NCBI GenBank assembly: GCA_963803805.1
Contig: CAWDOD010000004.1
Span: forward strand, 192,001 to 256,000
Length of the DNA: 64,000 nt
DNA from: an uncultured cyanobacterium
GTDB taxonomy: Bacteria > Cyanobacteriota > Cyanobacteriia > Cyanobacteriales > CAWCAG01
Direction of reading: 5' to 3'
Below the pieces are notes generated by a model. That model saw only the letters and a program-made list of their open reading frames with translations. It was not told the DNA's origin and did not search any database. Both the position numbers and the translations under genes were made by a program. Of the stretch, positions 20,966 through 32,341 are shown one piece after another; position 1 is the stretch's first letter; each line of letters begins with the position of its first letter.

Positions 20966-20989
20966 GCCTAGCGACAACGGCAAGCCGAA
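20966..20989 (+). repeat. SDR5-like double-hairpin element, copy 2 (inside STRR 20936-20997)
   Basis: GAT^GCCTAGCGACAACGGCAAGCCGAA^C. Confidence 0.7.
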
Positions 20990-20995
20990 CAATGA

Positions 20996-21880
20996 TCATT
21001 CAAGCCAAAAATAATCGGCAATTACCTTTTCATTTTCTGGGATTATCTCTTCTTCTGTAAGTTCTAATAATACCGAAATTTGGGTAAAGGAATCTTGCTC
21101 AATTCTTCTGGCAACACGTTGGGGTATACCGTAGCCGTAGATAATATGACCTTGACCTGCTAAAACAACAATTTGTTGGTTTGGGTTGATCTTATAAAAC
21201 TCAGCAATAGTTTGAGCCATAGTTTCATCCCAAACTACTTGTGCAGCGAAAAAATTCTCAAAACTGGCGCTATTACCATGGCTTTGATGGGAGTGCTTTT
21301 GAAAGATTTCTTGCAACATCTGTCGATATTGCTCATTATCAATGCGAATTTCAGCAAGAGGGGGAAGATAAGTTCTTTCTTCTGCCGTAAGATTTGCTAA
21401 TCCCTGGCGGGCTACTTTCCTGGTTACTTCTGTGGGGGCATTGAGGGCTAAAACCGGTAAATTATGCTCCTTAGCAAAGCGGAGAATTGGGGCATAATAT
21501 TCCCAAGGAAAACCCCAACGCTGTTCATATTCGCTGCGTTCAACTAACTCCTTTTCCGTGATTTCGCCTGCCAAATATTGGTCAATAGCCCCTTGGAAAG
21601 GACGTTGGAACATTTCCATAGCAATGACAATTTGGCCATTTTTTTGATACAGGGCTTGAATAATTTCTAATTGGGCTTGATGATCCTCAAGACTGTCATG
21701 ATTTTCTCCCAAGTAAACCACATTAGCTTGTTCTAATTCTGCTAATATTCTTTCTTGATGAGGCCGTTGTTCTTCAGAATTAATGGGAGTAGAAACTTCA
21801 GAAGCACAAGCAGGACTAGTACACAAAAATAGAAATCCTAATGACCAGCTAAATATTTTACTAACTTTCTGCTTGTTCAT
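20996..21880 (-). CDS. ChaN-family (haem-binding-like) exported protein
   Basis: VYLGENHD...H.AQ, AMEMF, AQVVWDETMA, AGQGH..YGYGIP. Confidence 0.87.
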   Translation of the reverse strand: MNKQKVSKIFSWSLGFLFLCTSPACASEVSTPINSEEQRPHQERILAELEQANVVYLGENHDSLEDHQAQLEIIQALYQKNGQIVIAMEMFQRPFQGAIDQYLAGEITEKELVERSEYEQRWGFPWEYYAPILRFAKEHNLPVLALNAPTEVTRKVARQGLANLTAEERTYLPPLAEIRIDNEQYRQMLQEIFQKHSHQSHGNSASFENFFAAQVVWDETMAQTIAEFYKINPNQQIVVLAGQGHIIYGYGIPQRVARRIEQDSFTQISVLLELTEEEIIPENEKVIADYFWLE

Positions 21881-21909
21881 TTTGTCTAAAAAATTATCAA
21901 TTAATTTAA

Positions 21910-22677
21910 CTACTTCCCAATCAACTTAACCAAACCAATACCACCAAAATAAAGACTCAAAACAGCGCCCCCAAGGAGGGATTGAGTAACAGGATCTGTT
22001 GAGGGGGTTAATACGGCTCCCATAATTAAAGCTCCTAAGATCACATAACGCCAACCAGCAATCATTCTCTTAGAAGAGACAATACCCAATAAACCTAAGA
22101 GTAGTTGTACGATAGGAATTTGAAAAGCTAAACCAGTACTAAATAATAAAAGTAAAACAAATTCAAAGTAGCGATCAATTGACCATTGTTGTTCTACTAC
22201 ATCCGCACCATAACTAATAAAAAAGTTCAGTGCTGCTGGAATTAAAGCGATATAAGCAAAGATTAAACCTAGGAAAAAGAGGACACTAGAACCTAAAACA
22301 ACTGGTCCAATTAAACGTCTTTCCCGCCTGGTTAAGCCTGGTAAAATAAATTGAATCAGTTGGTAGAGAATCCAAGGACTAGAAATAACTATACCGCTAT
22401 AACCAGCTACTTTAATGGAAACAAAGAAGAATTCTCCTGGGGCTAATTGAAGAAATTTAACTCCATCCGCCGGTAATTCTAATAGCTGAACAATCGGTCG
22501 CACAGCTAAAAAACAACCAACTATTCCTACCACAGTACCGATTAAAGCATAGAAAATGCGTTGCCGTAATTCTTCGAGATGATCGAATAGGGACATCTCT
22601 ACCTCATCTGGCAATTCATTGAGATAGTTGTCTTGATTATTTGATGCAGGCTTTTCTAATTCTGGGGTTGAAGTCAT
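21910..22677 (-). CDS. tatC: Twin-arginine translocase subunit TatC
   Basis: MSLFDHLEELRQR, FILPGL..RER, LTPSTDP; six TM segments. Confidence 0.97.
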   Translation of the reverse strand: MTSTPELEKPASNNQDNYLNELPDEVEMSLFDHLEELRQRIFYALIGTVVGIVGCFLAVRPIVQLLELPADGVKFLQLAPGEFFFVSIKVAGYSGIVISSPWILYQLIQFILPGLTRRERRLIGPVVLGSSVLFFLGLIFAYIALIPAALNFFISYGADVVEQQWSIDRYFEFVLLLLFSTGLAFQIPIVQLLLGLLGIVSSKRMIAGWRYVILGALIMGAVLTPSTDPVTQSLLGGAVLSLYFGGIGLVKLIGK

Positions 22678-23167
22678 TGCTTAAATTTAGATTCGGCATT
22701 CTCTCAACTATTCTATCGACAATCGCGGTTGTAATAGTTAAAAGGCTATTTGTATTAAACTACACCTATAATACAAGACTTGGGCAGAAGAAGAAAAAAC
22801 AAGTCGTCGACGAGCGATGCACGAGGGAGTATTTGAACCAGGATGCAAGCATCAGCAGCTAATGGAGCATCATAGAAAAGTAATAGCTCCAGCCCCGGCA
22901 TATCTTATGGAACAACCAATGGCAAAGAGAGGTATTAGTTTGGCTCAAAACTACAAGCCAACCATTGGGCAACGACTCTATACTCTCACCCGCGAGGCTT
23001 TGCACAATTTACTTGTTCTGTGTCAAAGCCTCCTTAAACAAGGAAAATCGCTTGTTGATTTCTAGCTTCACTGCTTTTTCTCCGTGCAACCTTCCAAGTC
23101 GTGTTCAATAAACTTACTTCTTAGTGCGCTCTAGATACAGAGAAAAGATAATTCAAGAGATTGGGCT

Positions 23168-23800
23168 TTATTCTTCTTCTGAGGAATCTTGGGGAATTGC
23201 TGTAGTATTTTCTACTGCTTCTGGTAAAGCAAAAGCAGAAGTTTTTGCTAACAACTTAACCGCAATTATTGCAGTAATAGTAGATAGGGTTGTTGCTAAA
23301 ATTGCCGGGAGGAAAATATTACTTGCTTGGGTTCCCATTAAAGCAATTACTGTTGCTGGCAAAATCAGTTGTACACTGGAAGTATTAATTGCCAAAAAAG
23401 TACACATAGCATTGGTGGCAGTGTCCTTATCTGGGTTAAGTTCCTGCAACTCCTGCATTGCCTTCAATCCCAAAGGTGTAGCTGCATTGCCCAACCCCAA
23501 CATATTAGCAGACATATTCAAAACAATGGAACCAATGGCAGGATGATTTGGGGGAACATCGGGGAAAAGCCAAACAGTTACCGGACGTACTACCTTAGCA
23601 ATCAAATCTACTAAACCTGATGCCTCAGCAATTTTCATAATCCCTAACCACAGGGCCATGATACCTATTAAGCCGATAGAAAGCTCTACAGCAGCTTCGG
23701 CACTAGTTATGGCTGCTTCGGTTACTGCCTCTATTTCTCCGGTAATAGCGCCAAATACTACGGCAATGAGCATCAATCCTAACCAAACATAGTTAAGCAT
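23168..23800 (-). CDS. SpmA-like nucleoside-recognition (Gate) domain membrane protein
   Basis: LWLGIMKIAE.SGL, LFPDVP..HPA, ANMLGLGNAATPLGLKAMQELQ, FLAINTSS. Confidence 0.88.
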   Translation of the reverse strand: MLNYVWLGLMLIAVVFGAITGEIEAVTEAAITSAEAAVELSIGLIGIMALWLGIMKIAEASGLVDLIAKVVRPVTVWLFPDVPPNHPAIGSIVLNMSANMLGLGNAATPLGLKAMQELQELNPDKDTATNAMCTFLAINTSSVQLILPATVIALMGTQASNIFLPAILATTLSTITAIIAVKLLAKTSAFALPEAVENTTAIPQDSSEEE

Positions 23801-23823
23801 TTAAAATTTCTCACAAGCTTTGC

Positions 23824-25412
23824 TTAAAGAGGGCGATAAACCCGATAATTAATCTCAGGGAAGATGTTATCTATCTTCTCCACCTTCTCTAGCCAACCGG
23901 AATCAATCTTCCCAATATTGATATCTTCATAAAGCTTGTTAAAACGCATGAGGTGCGATCGCGTGCGACGAATAGCATAGGGAACCATGGTTCCAGTACG
24001 CATAATAAAGGCCCAATCAGAAGATTGTGCTAATAATAACTCCCGTGCTGCTTGATTTAATGCCTTCCACTCCAACTCATCAGTCGGTTCACCCTTACCT
24101 AACTCAATCATCCTTTCTGCTGCTTTGTGGAGATGGGGATAGATCCAAGCGTTAGTTTCATTTAACCAATACTCATGGAAACCTTTATAGCCCCAACTAG
24201 ATTGGGAAGGCTTGCAAACCTGTTGGGTTTTTTCTTGGCGTAAATAATCTGCTAAGTGGGTCATGTCATAGGTTTGTTGATCATACCAAGACTTGCGGAA
24301 AACGTAATCCAAAAACCAAGGCCCTTCGTACCACCAATGACCGTATAATTCTGCATCATAGGGAGAAACCACCAAAGGTGGGCGCTGCATAATACCAGCT
24401 AAATTGCCAATTTGTTGCTCTCGATTAAAGACAAAATTGCCAGCGTGTTCAGCAGCTTTTTCCTTAGCCCAGTAAGGATCATAAAGCTGCTTATCAGATA
24501 AGCCGGCCCCCGACTAGTAATTTTATGATATTTGATACCGGTATTTTTCCTTTGACCATTGGGCATTATGTAGGGCTTAATATATTCATATTCAGCTTCC
24601 CAACCTAAATCTTTATAAAATTCCCGATATTCAGGAGAACCAGGATAACCCACCTCAGAAGACCAAACTTGTTGGGATGATTCATGATCTCGCCCAAAAG
24701 CGGCTACCCCTGTTTCTGTAAAAATAGGTGCATAAGTACCAAAACGAGGACGGGGGCGGGCATATAAAATCCCATGACCATCTGTTAAGAAATAGCGTAA
24801 ACCAGCATCAGCCAGCATTCGCTCTAATCCTTCAAAATAGGCACATTCCGGCAACCAAATTCCTTTAGGGCGGCGACCAAAATTTTCCTCATAATGCTGA
24901 CAAGCGACTTCAATTTGCGCCCATACCGCCTGGGGGTACATTTTCATTAAGGGCAGGTAGCCATGGGTTGCCCCACAAGTAATAATTTCTAAGTTATTGC
25001 TATCAAGAAATTGTTTAAATGCCTTAACTAAATCTCGGTCGTAGCGTTCCCAGGTTTGGCGAATACCATTAAATTCTTCAGCATAATGCTCAGCCAAATA
25101 CTTAATATGACCGTTATGCTTATTGTGGTCAATCTCTTTTTCGACTAATTCTTCTAACTTGGCTAAATGCTCATCGTAGCGGTCTTGTAACAAAGGATCG
25201 CGGAGCATTGACACCAATGGAGGTGTCATACTCATGGTCATTTTAAAATCTATTCCATCCCTTTTCAAGCCTTCAAACATATGAAGTAGGGGAACGTAGG
25301 TTTCTGTAATTGCTTCAAACAACCATTCCTCTTCTAGGACATAATCACTTTCTGGATGTCGTACAAAAGGTAAGTGAGCGTGAAGTACAAGGGCAAAGTA
25401 GCCAAGAGCCAT
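23824..25412 (-). CDS. GH57 family (branching-enzyme type, DUF1957), split by a 1-nt frameshift near 24508
   Basis: HAHLPFV, WLFEAITETY, WLPEC, PYDAELYGHWWYEG, AQSSDW; one extra G rejoins the ORFs as ITSRGAGLSDKQLYDPYWA. Confidence 0.9.
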
Positions 25413-25629
25413 AATCTTTCGTGGATTTGAGATGATAGGTGAAGCCTATGCTTTAGACTATTTTAAGATTTTACGATCAAAAGGACAGTATTCAAGAAAA
25501 AACTCGTATATGCACGCATTGAACGCTAAGATAATAAAATAAAGATTAAACTTAATAAAATAAGTTAACTTGGCAAATATAAAGAAGCCAACTTAACAGT
25601 CGTGATCCCAATATTGCTGTTTTTACCTA

Positions 25630-26826
25630 GTGCTAGAATCCAATGGCCATCAAGCAAACTTTGTAGATAATGTTTCTTCGCTGGCCTTACTTCGGTTAGT
25701 CCTGTTTATTGATGAACGCCCCACTTCCCAAGAATATATTCAGCGAATCCAAAGCTATCTCGAAAGTTTAAGGAGCGAGTATAACTTTGAAGTTCAAATT
25801 GTGGACGTGGGAGACAAGCCTTACTTAGCAGAGCATTTTCGCTTAATAGCAACTCCTGCTCTTGTCAAAATTCATCCTTCACCAAGACAAACTTTAGCAG
25901 GCAGCAATTTAATTACTCAGCTCAAAAAATGTTGGCCTGCCTGGAAAGAAAGTGTTGAGTCCCAACAAACCAAGCTGAATCAAGATGTTTCGGTTACTAA
26001 TAGTTCTATCAGCTACTCATCACAAGTAATTAAGCTTTCTGATGAAATTTTTCGTCTAAAAAAAGAAAACGAAAGCTTATTAGAGCAATCAAACTTCAAA
26101 GATCAACTCTTAGCAATGTTAGCCCACGATATCCGTAGTCCTCTTACCGCAGCTTCTATTGCCGTAGAAACTTTAGAAATGGCTCAAAACCGGGGTCAAC
26201 AACTTTCCGAAAGCCTCAAAGAGCAGTTGTACAAACACGCCAAAAACCAATTTCGCCTCATGGAGCGAATGATTGCTGATATTTTACAGAACTCTAAGGA
26301 CAAAAGTACAGAATTACAGATCAAACCTCAAAAACTTCATATGCAGTCTATTTGCAAAGATATTCTTATTCAGTTTGAGGAGAAATTTTTTGCTAAATCT
26401 TTCCAAATAGAAAAGGATTTACCCCAATATTTACCAGAAGTTTATGGAGATAGGGAGTTACTTAGCCAAGTCATAACCAATCTTTTAGAAAATGCCGTTA
26501 AATATACTCCAGAAGGGGGAAAAATTAGCATATCTATCTTACATCGCACTTCCCAGAAGATCCAAATTAGCATTTGTGATACAGGTCCTGGTGTACCAGA
26601 AGAAAAACGCGATCGCATCTTTGAAGGACATTACCGCTTGAAAAGAGATAGGAGCAAAGAAGGCTATGGTATTGGGCTTTCTCTCTGTTCTAAGGTAATC
26701 CGCGCCCACTATGGCCAAATCTGGGTAGATAGCGTTCTTCATGAAGGTAGTTGTTTTAACTTCACTTTGCCAGTTTATCAAACAGGATCAGGAGGAATTT
26801 TTAGATTAGAACCAAATCATCAATAA
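25630..26826 (+). CDS. sasA: Circadian output histidine kinase SasA
   Basis: KaiB-like N-terminus (PYLAEHFRLIATPALVK...LAG), AHDIRSPLTAA H-box, HATPase domain. Confidence 0.93.
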   Translation: MLESNGHQANFVDNVSSLALLRLVLFIDERPTSQEYIQRIQSYLESLRSEYNFEVQIVDVGDKPYLAEHFRLIATPALVKIHPSPRQTLAGSNLITQLKKCWPAWKESVESQQTKLNQDVSVTNSSISYSSQVIKLSDEIFRLKKENESLLEQSNFKDQLLAMLAHDIRSPLTAASIAVETLEMAQNRGQQLSESLKEQLYKHAKNQFRLMERMIADILQNSKDKSTELQIKPQKLHMQSICKDILIQFEEKFFAKSFQIEKDLPQYLPEVYGDRELLSQVITNLLENAVKYTPEGGKISISILHRTSQKIQISICDTGPGVPEEKRDRIFEGHYRLKRDRSKEGYGIGLSLCSKVIRAHYGQIWVDSVLHEGSCFNFTLPVYQTGSGGIFRLEPNHQ

Positions 26827-27180
26827 CAATATTTATGAGAAACGATGTGTCAATTTGTAAAAATTTAGATAATAATTGTTCTAGTAGCGCTTTAGTTTTG
26901 AGTTTGTAAGGGCTAATTTCCTTGGAGTTAGCATAACAGCGACCCAAAACTTGTGTTACTTTAAGAAACGTTAATAACTAAACCTGAAGGCAGAGCCTTC
27001 TTGTGACAAGGGTAAATAAATTCCCCCTTGAGATATAGCCTATTCAGTAAATGTTGAGGATAGGAATCCCATAAATCTCATTTGTTCCTTGAATAATGAG
27101 AAAATCAACTTAGAGCGCAAAAGCGTCCAAGATTTAGAAATCTTGCAATTTATTTCATTTAAGCAAGAGGTTTTGAAACT

Positions 27181-28239
27181 ATGACAATAGCAGTGGGACG
27201 CGCAACAGAACAGAGAGGATGGTTTGACATCCTCGATGACTGGTTAAAGCGCGACCGATTCGTATTCGTAGGCTGGTCAGGAATACTCTTATTTCCCTGT
27301 GCCTACCTAGCATTAGGAGGATGGTTAACAGGAACCACCTTCGTCACCTCATGGTACACTCACGGTCTAGCCAGTTCCTACCTAGAAGGCTGTAACTTCC
27401 TAACCGTAGCCGTATCAACCCCAGCAGACACCATGGGACACTCCCTACTCTTCTTGTGGGGACCAGAGGCTCAGTGGAACTTCACCCGCTGGTGTCAACT
27501 AGGAGGATTATGGTCATTTGTAGCTTTCCATGGTGCATTTGGCTTAATCGGCTTCATGTTACGGCAGTTTGAAATTGCCCGCCTAGTGGGAATCCGTCCT
27601 TATAATGCCCTAGCCTTTAGTGGACCTATCGCTGTCTTCGTCAGTGTCTTTTTAATGTATCCCTTGGGACAATCAAGCTGGTTTTTTGCCCCTAGTTTTG
27701 GAGTAGCAGGAATCTTCCGCTTTATCTTGTTCTTCCAAGGATTCCACAACTGGACATTGAACCCGTTTCATATGATGGGAGTAGCAGGAATATTGGGTGG
27801 AGCCTTACTTTGTGCCATTCATGGAGCTACAGTAGAAAACACTCTGTTTGAAGATGGAGAAGCCTCAAACACCTTTAGAGCGTTCAACCCAACCCAAGCA
27901 GAAGAAACCTACAGTATGGTGACAGCAAACCGTTTCTGGTCACAGATATTCGGAATTGCCTTTTCCAACAAGCGTTGGTTACACTTTTTCATGCTGTTTG
28001 TCCCCGTAACCGGATTATGGATGAGTGCGGTGGGAGTAGTAGGTTTAGCAGTGAACCTGCGGGCCTATGACTTTGTATCCCAGGAGATACGTGCAGCAGA
28101 AGATCCAGAGTTTGAAACGTTCTACACGAAGAACATTTTATTAAATGAAGGTCTTAGAGCGTGGTTAGCGCCTCAAGACCAACCCCATAAACAATTTGAG
28201 TTCCCAGAGGAGGTACTACCACGTGGTAACGCTCTCTAG
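27181..28239 (+). CDS. psbD: Photosystem II D2 protein
   Basis: Canonical D2 sequence from MTIAVG to [11 protein letters not shown]. Confidence 0.99.
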   Translation: MTIAVGRATEQRGWFDILDDWLKRDRFVFVGWSGILLFPCAYLALGGWLTGTTFVTSWYTHGLASSYLEGCNFLTVAVSTPADTMGHSLLFLWGPEAQWNFTRWCQLGGLWSFVAFHGAFGLIGFMLRQFEIARLVGIRPYNALAFSGPIAVFVSVFLMYPLGQSSWFFAPSFGVAGIFRFILFFQGFHNWTLNPFHMMGVAGILGGALLCAIHGATVENTLFEDGEASNTFRAFNPTQAEETYSMVTANRFWSQIFGIAFSNKRWLHFFMLFVPVTGLWMSAVGVVGLAVNLRAYDFVSQEIRAAEDPEFETFYTKNILLNEGLRAWLAPQDQPHKQFEFPEEVLPRGNAL

Positions 28240-29605
28240 TCAAGTCATTGGTGGCGGTCGCGACCAAGATTCATCAGGTTTTGCCTGGTGGGCAGGAAAT
28301 GCCCGTCTCATCAACCTTTCCGGTAAACTTTTAGGCGCTCATGTCGCCCATGCAGGACTGATCGTCTTTTGGGCAGGTGCAATGACCATTTTTGAGGTCG
28401 CTCACTTTGTCCCAGAAAAACCTTTATACGAACAAGGTTTCATTCTTCTACCTCACCTAGCAACCCTTGGTTGGGGTGTTGGGCCTGGTGGTGAAATCAT
28501 TGATACTTTTCCCTACTTTGTAGTTGGTGTTTTACACCTCATTTCTTCGGCTGTCCTCGGACTTGGTGGTATTTACCACGCCGTGCGGGGTCCAGAAACC
28601 TTAGAAGAATATTCTGACTTCTTTGGTTATGACTGGAAAGACAAAGATAAGATGACTAGCATCATCGGCTTTCACCTAATTATGTTAGGTTTAGGCGCTT
28701 TATTGTTAGTTGCCAAAGCAATGTTCTTTGGTGGAGTGTATGATACCTGGGCCCCCGGTGGCGGAGATGTCCGTATTATTAACAACCCCACCCTCAACCC
28801 AGCAGTTATTTTTGGTTATCTAATCAAAGCACCTTTCGGTGGCGAAGGTTGGATCATCAGTGTCGATAACATGGAAGACATTATCGGCGGACATATTTGG
28901 ATTGGTTTGATTTGCATCGCTGGCGGTGTTTGGCACATCCTCACCAAGCCTTTTGGTTGGGCCCGTCGTGCCTTCATCTGGTCTGGTGAAGCTTATCTTT
29001 CCTACAGCTTAGGTGCGTTGGCCATGATGGCTTTTATTGCTTCTAATTACGTTTGGTTCAACAATACCGCTTATCCTAGCGAATTTTACGGACCAACTAA
29101 TGCAGAGGCTTCCCAAGCTCAATCTTTTATCTTTCTAGTCCGTGACCAGAGTATGGGTGCTAACATCGCATCTTCTCAAGGTCCTACTGGTTTAGGTAAA
29201 TACTTGATGCGTTCCCCCACTGGAGAAATTATCTTTGGCGGTGAAACCATGCGCTTCTGGGACTTCCGTGGCCCTTGGTTAGAGCCTTTACGTGGTCCTA
29301 ATGGTCTTGATATTGACAAGATCAGGAATGACGTTCAGCCTTGGCAACTACGTCGTGCTGCTGAGTATATGACTCACGCCCCTAACGGCTCTTTGAACTC
29401 TGTAGGCGGGATCATTACTGAGCCTAACGCTTTTAACTATGTTAACCCCCGTGCTTGGTTAGCAACTTCTCACTTTGTACTGGCCTTTTTCTTCTTAATT
29501 GGTCATTTATGGCACGCAGGCAGGGCCCGTGCTGCTGTTGCTGGCTTTGAGAAGGGTATTGATCGCGAAAGCGAACCAGTATTATCTATGCCTGATTTAG
29601 ACTAA
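28223..29605 (+). CDS. psbC: Photosystem II CP43 protein
   Basis: [25 protein letters not shown]; canonical GTG start at 28223 overlapping psbD by 17 nt. Confidence 0.98.
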   Translation: MVTLSSQVIGGGRDQDSSGFAWWAGNARLINLSGKLLGAHVAHAGLIVFWAGAMTIFEVAHFVPEKPLYEQGFILLPHLATLGWGVGPGGEIIDTFPYFVVGVLHLISSAVLGLGGIYHAVRGPETLEEYSDFFGYDWKDKDKMTSIIGFHLIMLGLGALLLVAKAMFFGGVYDTWAPGGGDVRIINNPTLNPAVIFGYLIKAPFGGEGWIISVDNMEDIIGGHIWIGLICIAGGVWHILTKPFGWARRAFIWSGEAYLSYSLGALAMMAFIASNYVWFNNTAYPSEFYGPTNAEASQAQSFIFLVRDQSMGANIASSQGPTGLGKYLMRSPTGEIIFGGETMRFWDFRGPWLEPLRGPNGLDIDKIRNDVQPWQLRRAAEYMTHAPNGSLNSVGGIITEPNAFNYVNPRAWLATSHFVLAFFFLIGHLWHAGRARAAVAGFEKGIDRESEPVLSMPDLD

Positions 29606-29649
29606 TTACTTTCTTAAAGCTAGTAATTAAGTCATAAATTAAGCAAGTT

Positions 29650-29683
29650 GCTCCTACTAATATATTAGTAGGAGCTTTTTTTT
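29650..29683 (+). terminator. Intrinsic terminator of psbDC
   Basis: GCTCCTACTAA/TTAGTAGGAGC stem followed by T8. Confidence 0.9.
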
Positions 29684-29924
29684 GAGAAAATTAGCCTTTC
29701 CAGAAAATATTAATTTCTGCAACAAAGACTGGTAGTTTGCATAATTAACCTAAATTAAGACTGAAAAGAATATAGAAACAAGTCAATCCTGAGTACAGTT
29801 TTAAGCAAAAATCCTGGTCTTCATCAACAAACTATCTTAACCAAAGAAGAAATTCAACTTGTACTCTTAATTATTTGGTTAGATTCATAATTCATTGTGT
29901 AAGAAGTAAGGGAAAATTCTACAT

Positions 29925-30377
29925 ATGCAAGGGACTAAAAGAATTTGGATTTCTCAACCTGGCAATTTTTACCACAAACTCAGTAGTTTAACTCTAGAAA
30001 GAGTTGCAAACCAACTCCTCAACAATCCTGAACAAAAAAGAACTCGTCAGGAAATAGAAGTTGCGATCGCCCGTTACAAAATGTTTTTGTATATCCAATA
30101 TCTCTATCCTCATTTACAATTAGTTCCTACTCAAGAAATAGATGAAGTTTGGCACGTCCACATTCTTCTGAATACTTTTAAGTACATACAAGATTGTCAA
30201 GGTTTATTTGGTCGTATTATTCACCACGCTAGCATTACTGAACTGCCCCAACAGGAAAGCAAAACTCTAACCTTGGCTAGAACTCAAGCACTTTTTGAAC
30301 TTCACTTTGGCAAAGATAGTTTAACAAAGAAAAGTCAGTCAGCAGCTTGCGGTATGCCAAGGCTGGGGAAGGGATGA
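29925..30377 (+). CDS. Hypothetical protein with GRDP-like motif
   Basis: Y..FL...LVPTQEIDEVWHVHIL..T..Y..DC..LFG..IHH pattern. Confidence 0.7.
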   Translation: MQGTKRIWISQPGNFYHKLSSLTLERVANQLLNNPEQKRTRQEIEVAIARYKMFLYIQYLYPHLQLVPTQEIDEVWHVHILLNTFKYIQDCQGLFGRIIHHASITELPQQESKTLTLARTQALFELHFGKDSLTKKSQSAACGMPRLGKG

Positions 30378-30409
30378 TGTGATGATAGCCATTGATTTTA
30401 ATTATTTAC

Positions 30410-31565
30410 TTAAGGAATAATCTCTGTTACCACCCTTTCACCCGTTTCCCCCCCTGTAACTACGACATTATCTTTATTAAGTTGTCCTACTGCTTTGTTA
30501 CCTTTTGTCTTAACAGGGGGATTAGTTCTTTGATACACTACATTTCCTTGCGCTTCAATTTTTTGAGTGGGAATATCCCAAAAAAATTGATTAGCATCTA
30601 GCTTAGATTGGTTGCGGGAACTAGTTCCTGTAACACCATTACTTAGACGAGCAACTTCATCTTTTAAATCTATTTTGCCTTCATTGCCTATAACGGTTGT
30701 TTGTTCGGTTTCATGAACAATTTGTATTGGTTGATTAGAAATAACTGTTTGCGCTTTGGTATTCCAGATAGCATTATTAGAAGCAATTTGTAGAGGAGGA
30801 GTAAGGGATTTTAATTCGACATTTTTGGTTAAGATTATGACCATAGTTTGCAAATCTAATTGAGAACTATCTGCTTCAACCCTTTCAGTAATAACCTTCT
30901 CCTTGTAGCGATTTATCTGAATTCTCTTATCCCCAAGCACCTTTTTTTGGGGGATCTTCCAAATCAAATGTTCAGTTTGTAATTGCAAGGCTTGTTCAAA
31001 AGTTGTTGCCGCAATTTTCCCTACCAAATCTAACTCTTGAGTTTTAGTTGTGTAACGCCCCTCTGTAGCTGAAAGTTCTAGTTGTTTCGGACGGCTAGCG
31101 GTAAGATTGTTCCTGACAATTACGAGGTCTTCTTCTGGTCGCCATTCTAACTCATCCCCTCGAAAGATAAGGTTATTGCGAATATCAATAGCTTCGATTT
31201 TATCTCTTAAAAAGATTACTTTACCGTCTTCTTTAACTTCACCTTTTTTAGCTTTAACCTGCAAGACAATTTTGCCATCTTGATATAAATTCCCTGCCGG
31301 GTTTTCTAACAAAGCAAGTTTATTATCTTCGTTATAGCTAGTTTTATCTGCCTTCATTTTCCAGACAGTCTTGCCGCTATCATCCACCTCTTCTAAGGTG
31401 GCATTGTTAATAACTAAACGATTTTCTGGTTCTGAAGTATTATTTTTAACAGCAGGCTCTATTGCTACCTGGCTGTTTAGCTTGTTGCTTGCAACTAGTA
31501 AAACTAAACAGCAGTAGTAAAAGAACAGATTTAGTAAACCAACTAACTAAGAAAGTTTGTTTCAA
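30410..31565 (-). CDS. lptC: LPS export periplasmic protein LptC (cyanobacterial long form), frameshifted after the signal peptide
   Basis: Repeated beta-jellyroll-like segments; lipoprotein signal MKQTFLVSWFTKSVLLLLLFSFTSC starts at TTG 31565 in a different frame; metG-NYN-lptC gene order. Confidence 0.8.
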
Positions 31566-31602
31566 TTTAGATTCTATCTATTTTGCTAAATAGCACAGGA
31601 TT

Positions 31603-32217
31603 TTAGTCCCTAAGAGTTTTATCTTGGCTATCTAAAATGCCAAGACCAGAAAAACTACTGTAGCTGCCATTATGTTTGCTGGTTTTTTGGATGCTGCTTT
31701 TAATATCATCCAAGTCTATATATCTATCAGCAACGTTAATTAAACTATCACTGGTCATAGAACGCAAACTCACAACCTCTACCCTCGCACCGCGATAACT
31801 TACAGCATCAACAGCATAGGCTAAATCTCCATCACCACTAACTAAAACTGCTGTATCATAAGCTCCTACTAAAGCCATCATATCTACAGCAATTTCTACA
31901 TCTAGGTTGGCTTTTTTAGAGCCATCTGGTAGCTGCACTAAATCCTTAGCAATAACTCGATAGCCATTGCGACGCATCCACAGGAGAAATCCTTGTTGTT
32001 TCTCATTAGTCCGATCTACCCCAGTATAAAAGAAAGAACGGAGCAACCTGGAACTAGAAGTTATTCTATATAGCAATTTGGTATAGTCAATTTCAATACC
32101 TAGTTGTAATGCCGCATAAAATAAGTTAGAGCCATCAATGAAAATAGCTACCCGCCCTCGGTTTTGCAATACTTGTTCCGGTGGAAATACCGGGTCATTA
32201 TCAAGATTATTTAACAT
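31603..32217 (-). CDS. NYN domain protein, LabA/DUF88 family (LalA-like)
   Basis: IFIDGSNLFY, KANLDVEIAVDM, LVSGDGDL, L...AD.YIDL. Confidence 0.9.
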   Translation of the reverse strand: MLNNLDNDPVFPPEQVLQNRGRVAIFIDGSNLFYAALQLGIEIDYTKLLYRITSSSRLLRSFFYTGVDRTNEKQQGFLLWMRRNGYRVIAKDLVQLPDGSKKANLDVEIAVDMMALVGAYDTAVLVSGDGDLAYAVDAVSYRGARVEVVSLRSMTSDSLINVADRYIDLDDIKSSIQKTSKHNGSYSSFSGLGILDSQDKTLRD

Positions 32218-32341
32218 TTTTTAAATGCCTCGTTTTTTATTTAAGGATTGAATCAGTTTTAAAACCTTATTTACATAACTTCACCTTCTAGGAAGAGAGT
32301 TACCTGTTTTTCACCTCAGGAAATAATTTAAGATATTCTGT

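Noticed and set aside
27181..29605. Far-red-light (FaRLiP) psbD/psbC paralogues
   Set aside because: No rfpABC, chlF or apc paralogues nearby; ordinary psbDC operon with terminator
31603..32217. Circadian cluster of labA with sasA
   Set aside because: The sequence looks like the LalA-type paralogue in the usual metG-NYN-lptC context; proximity to sasA is probably coincidental
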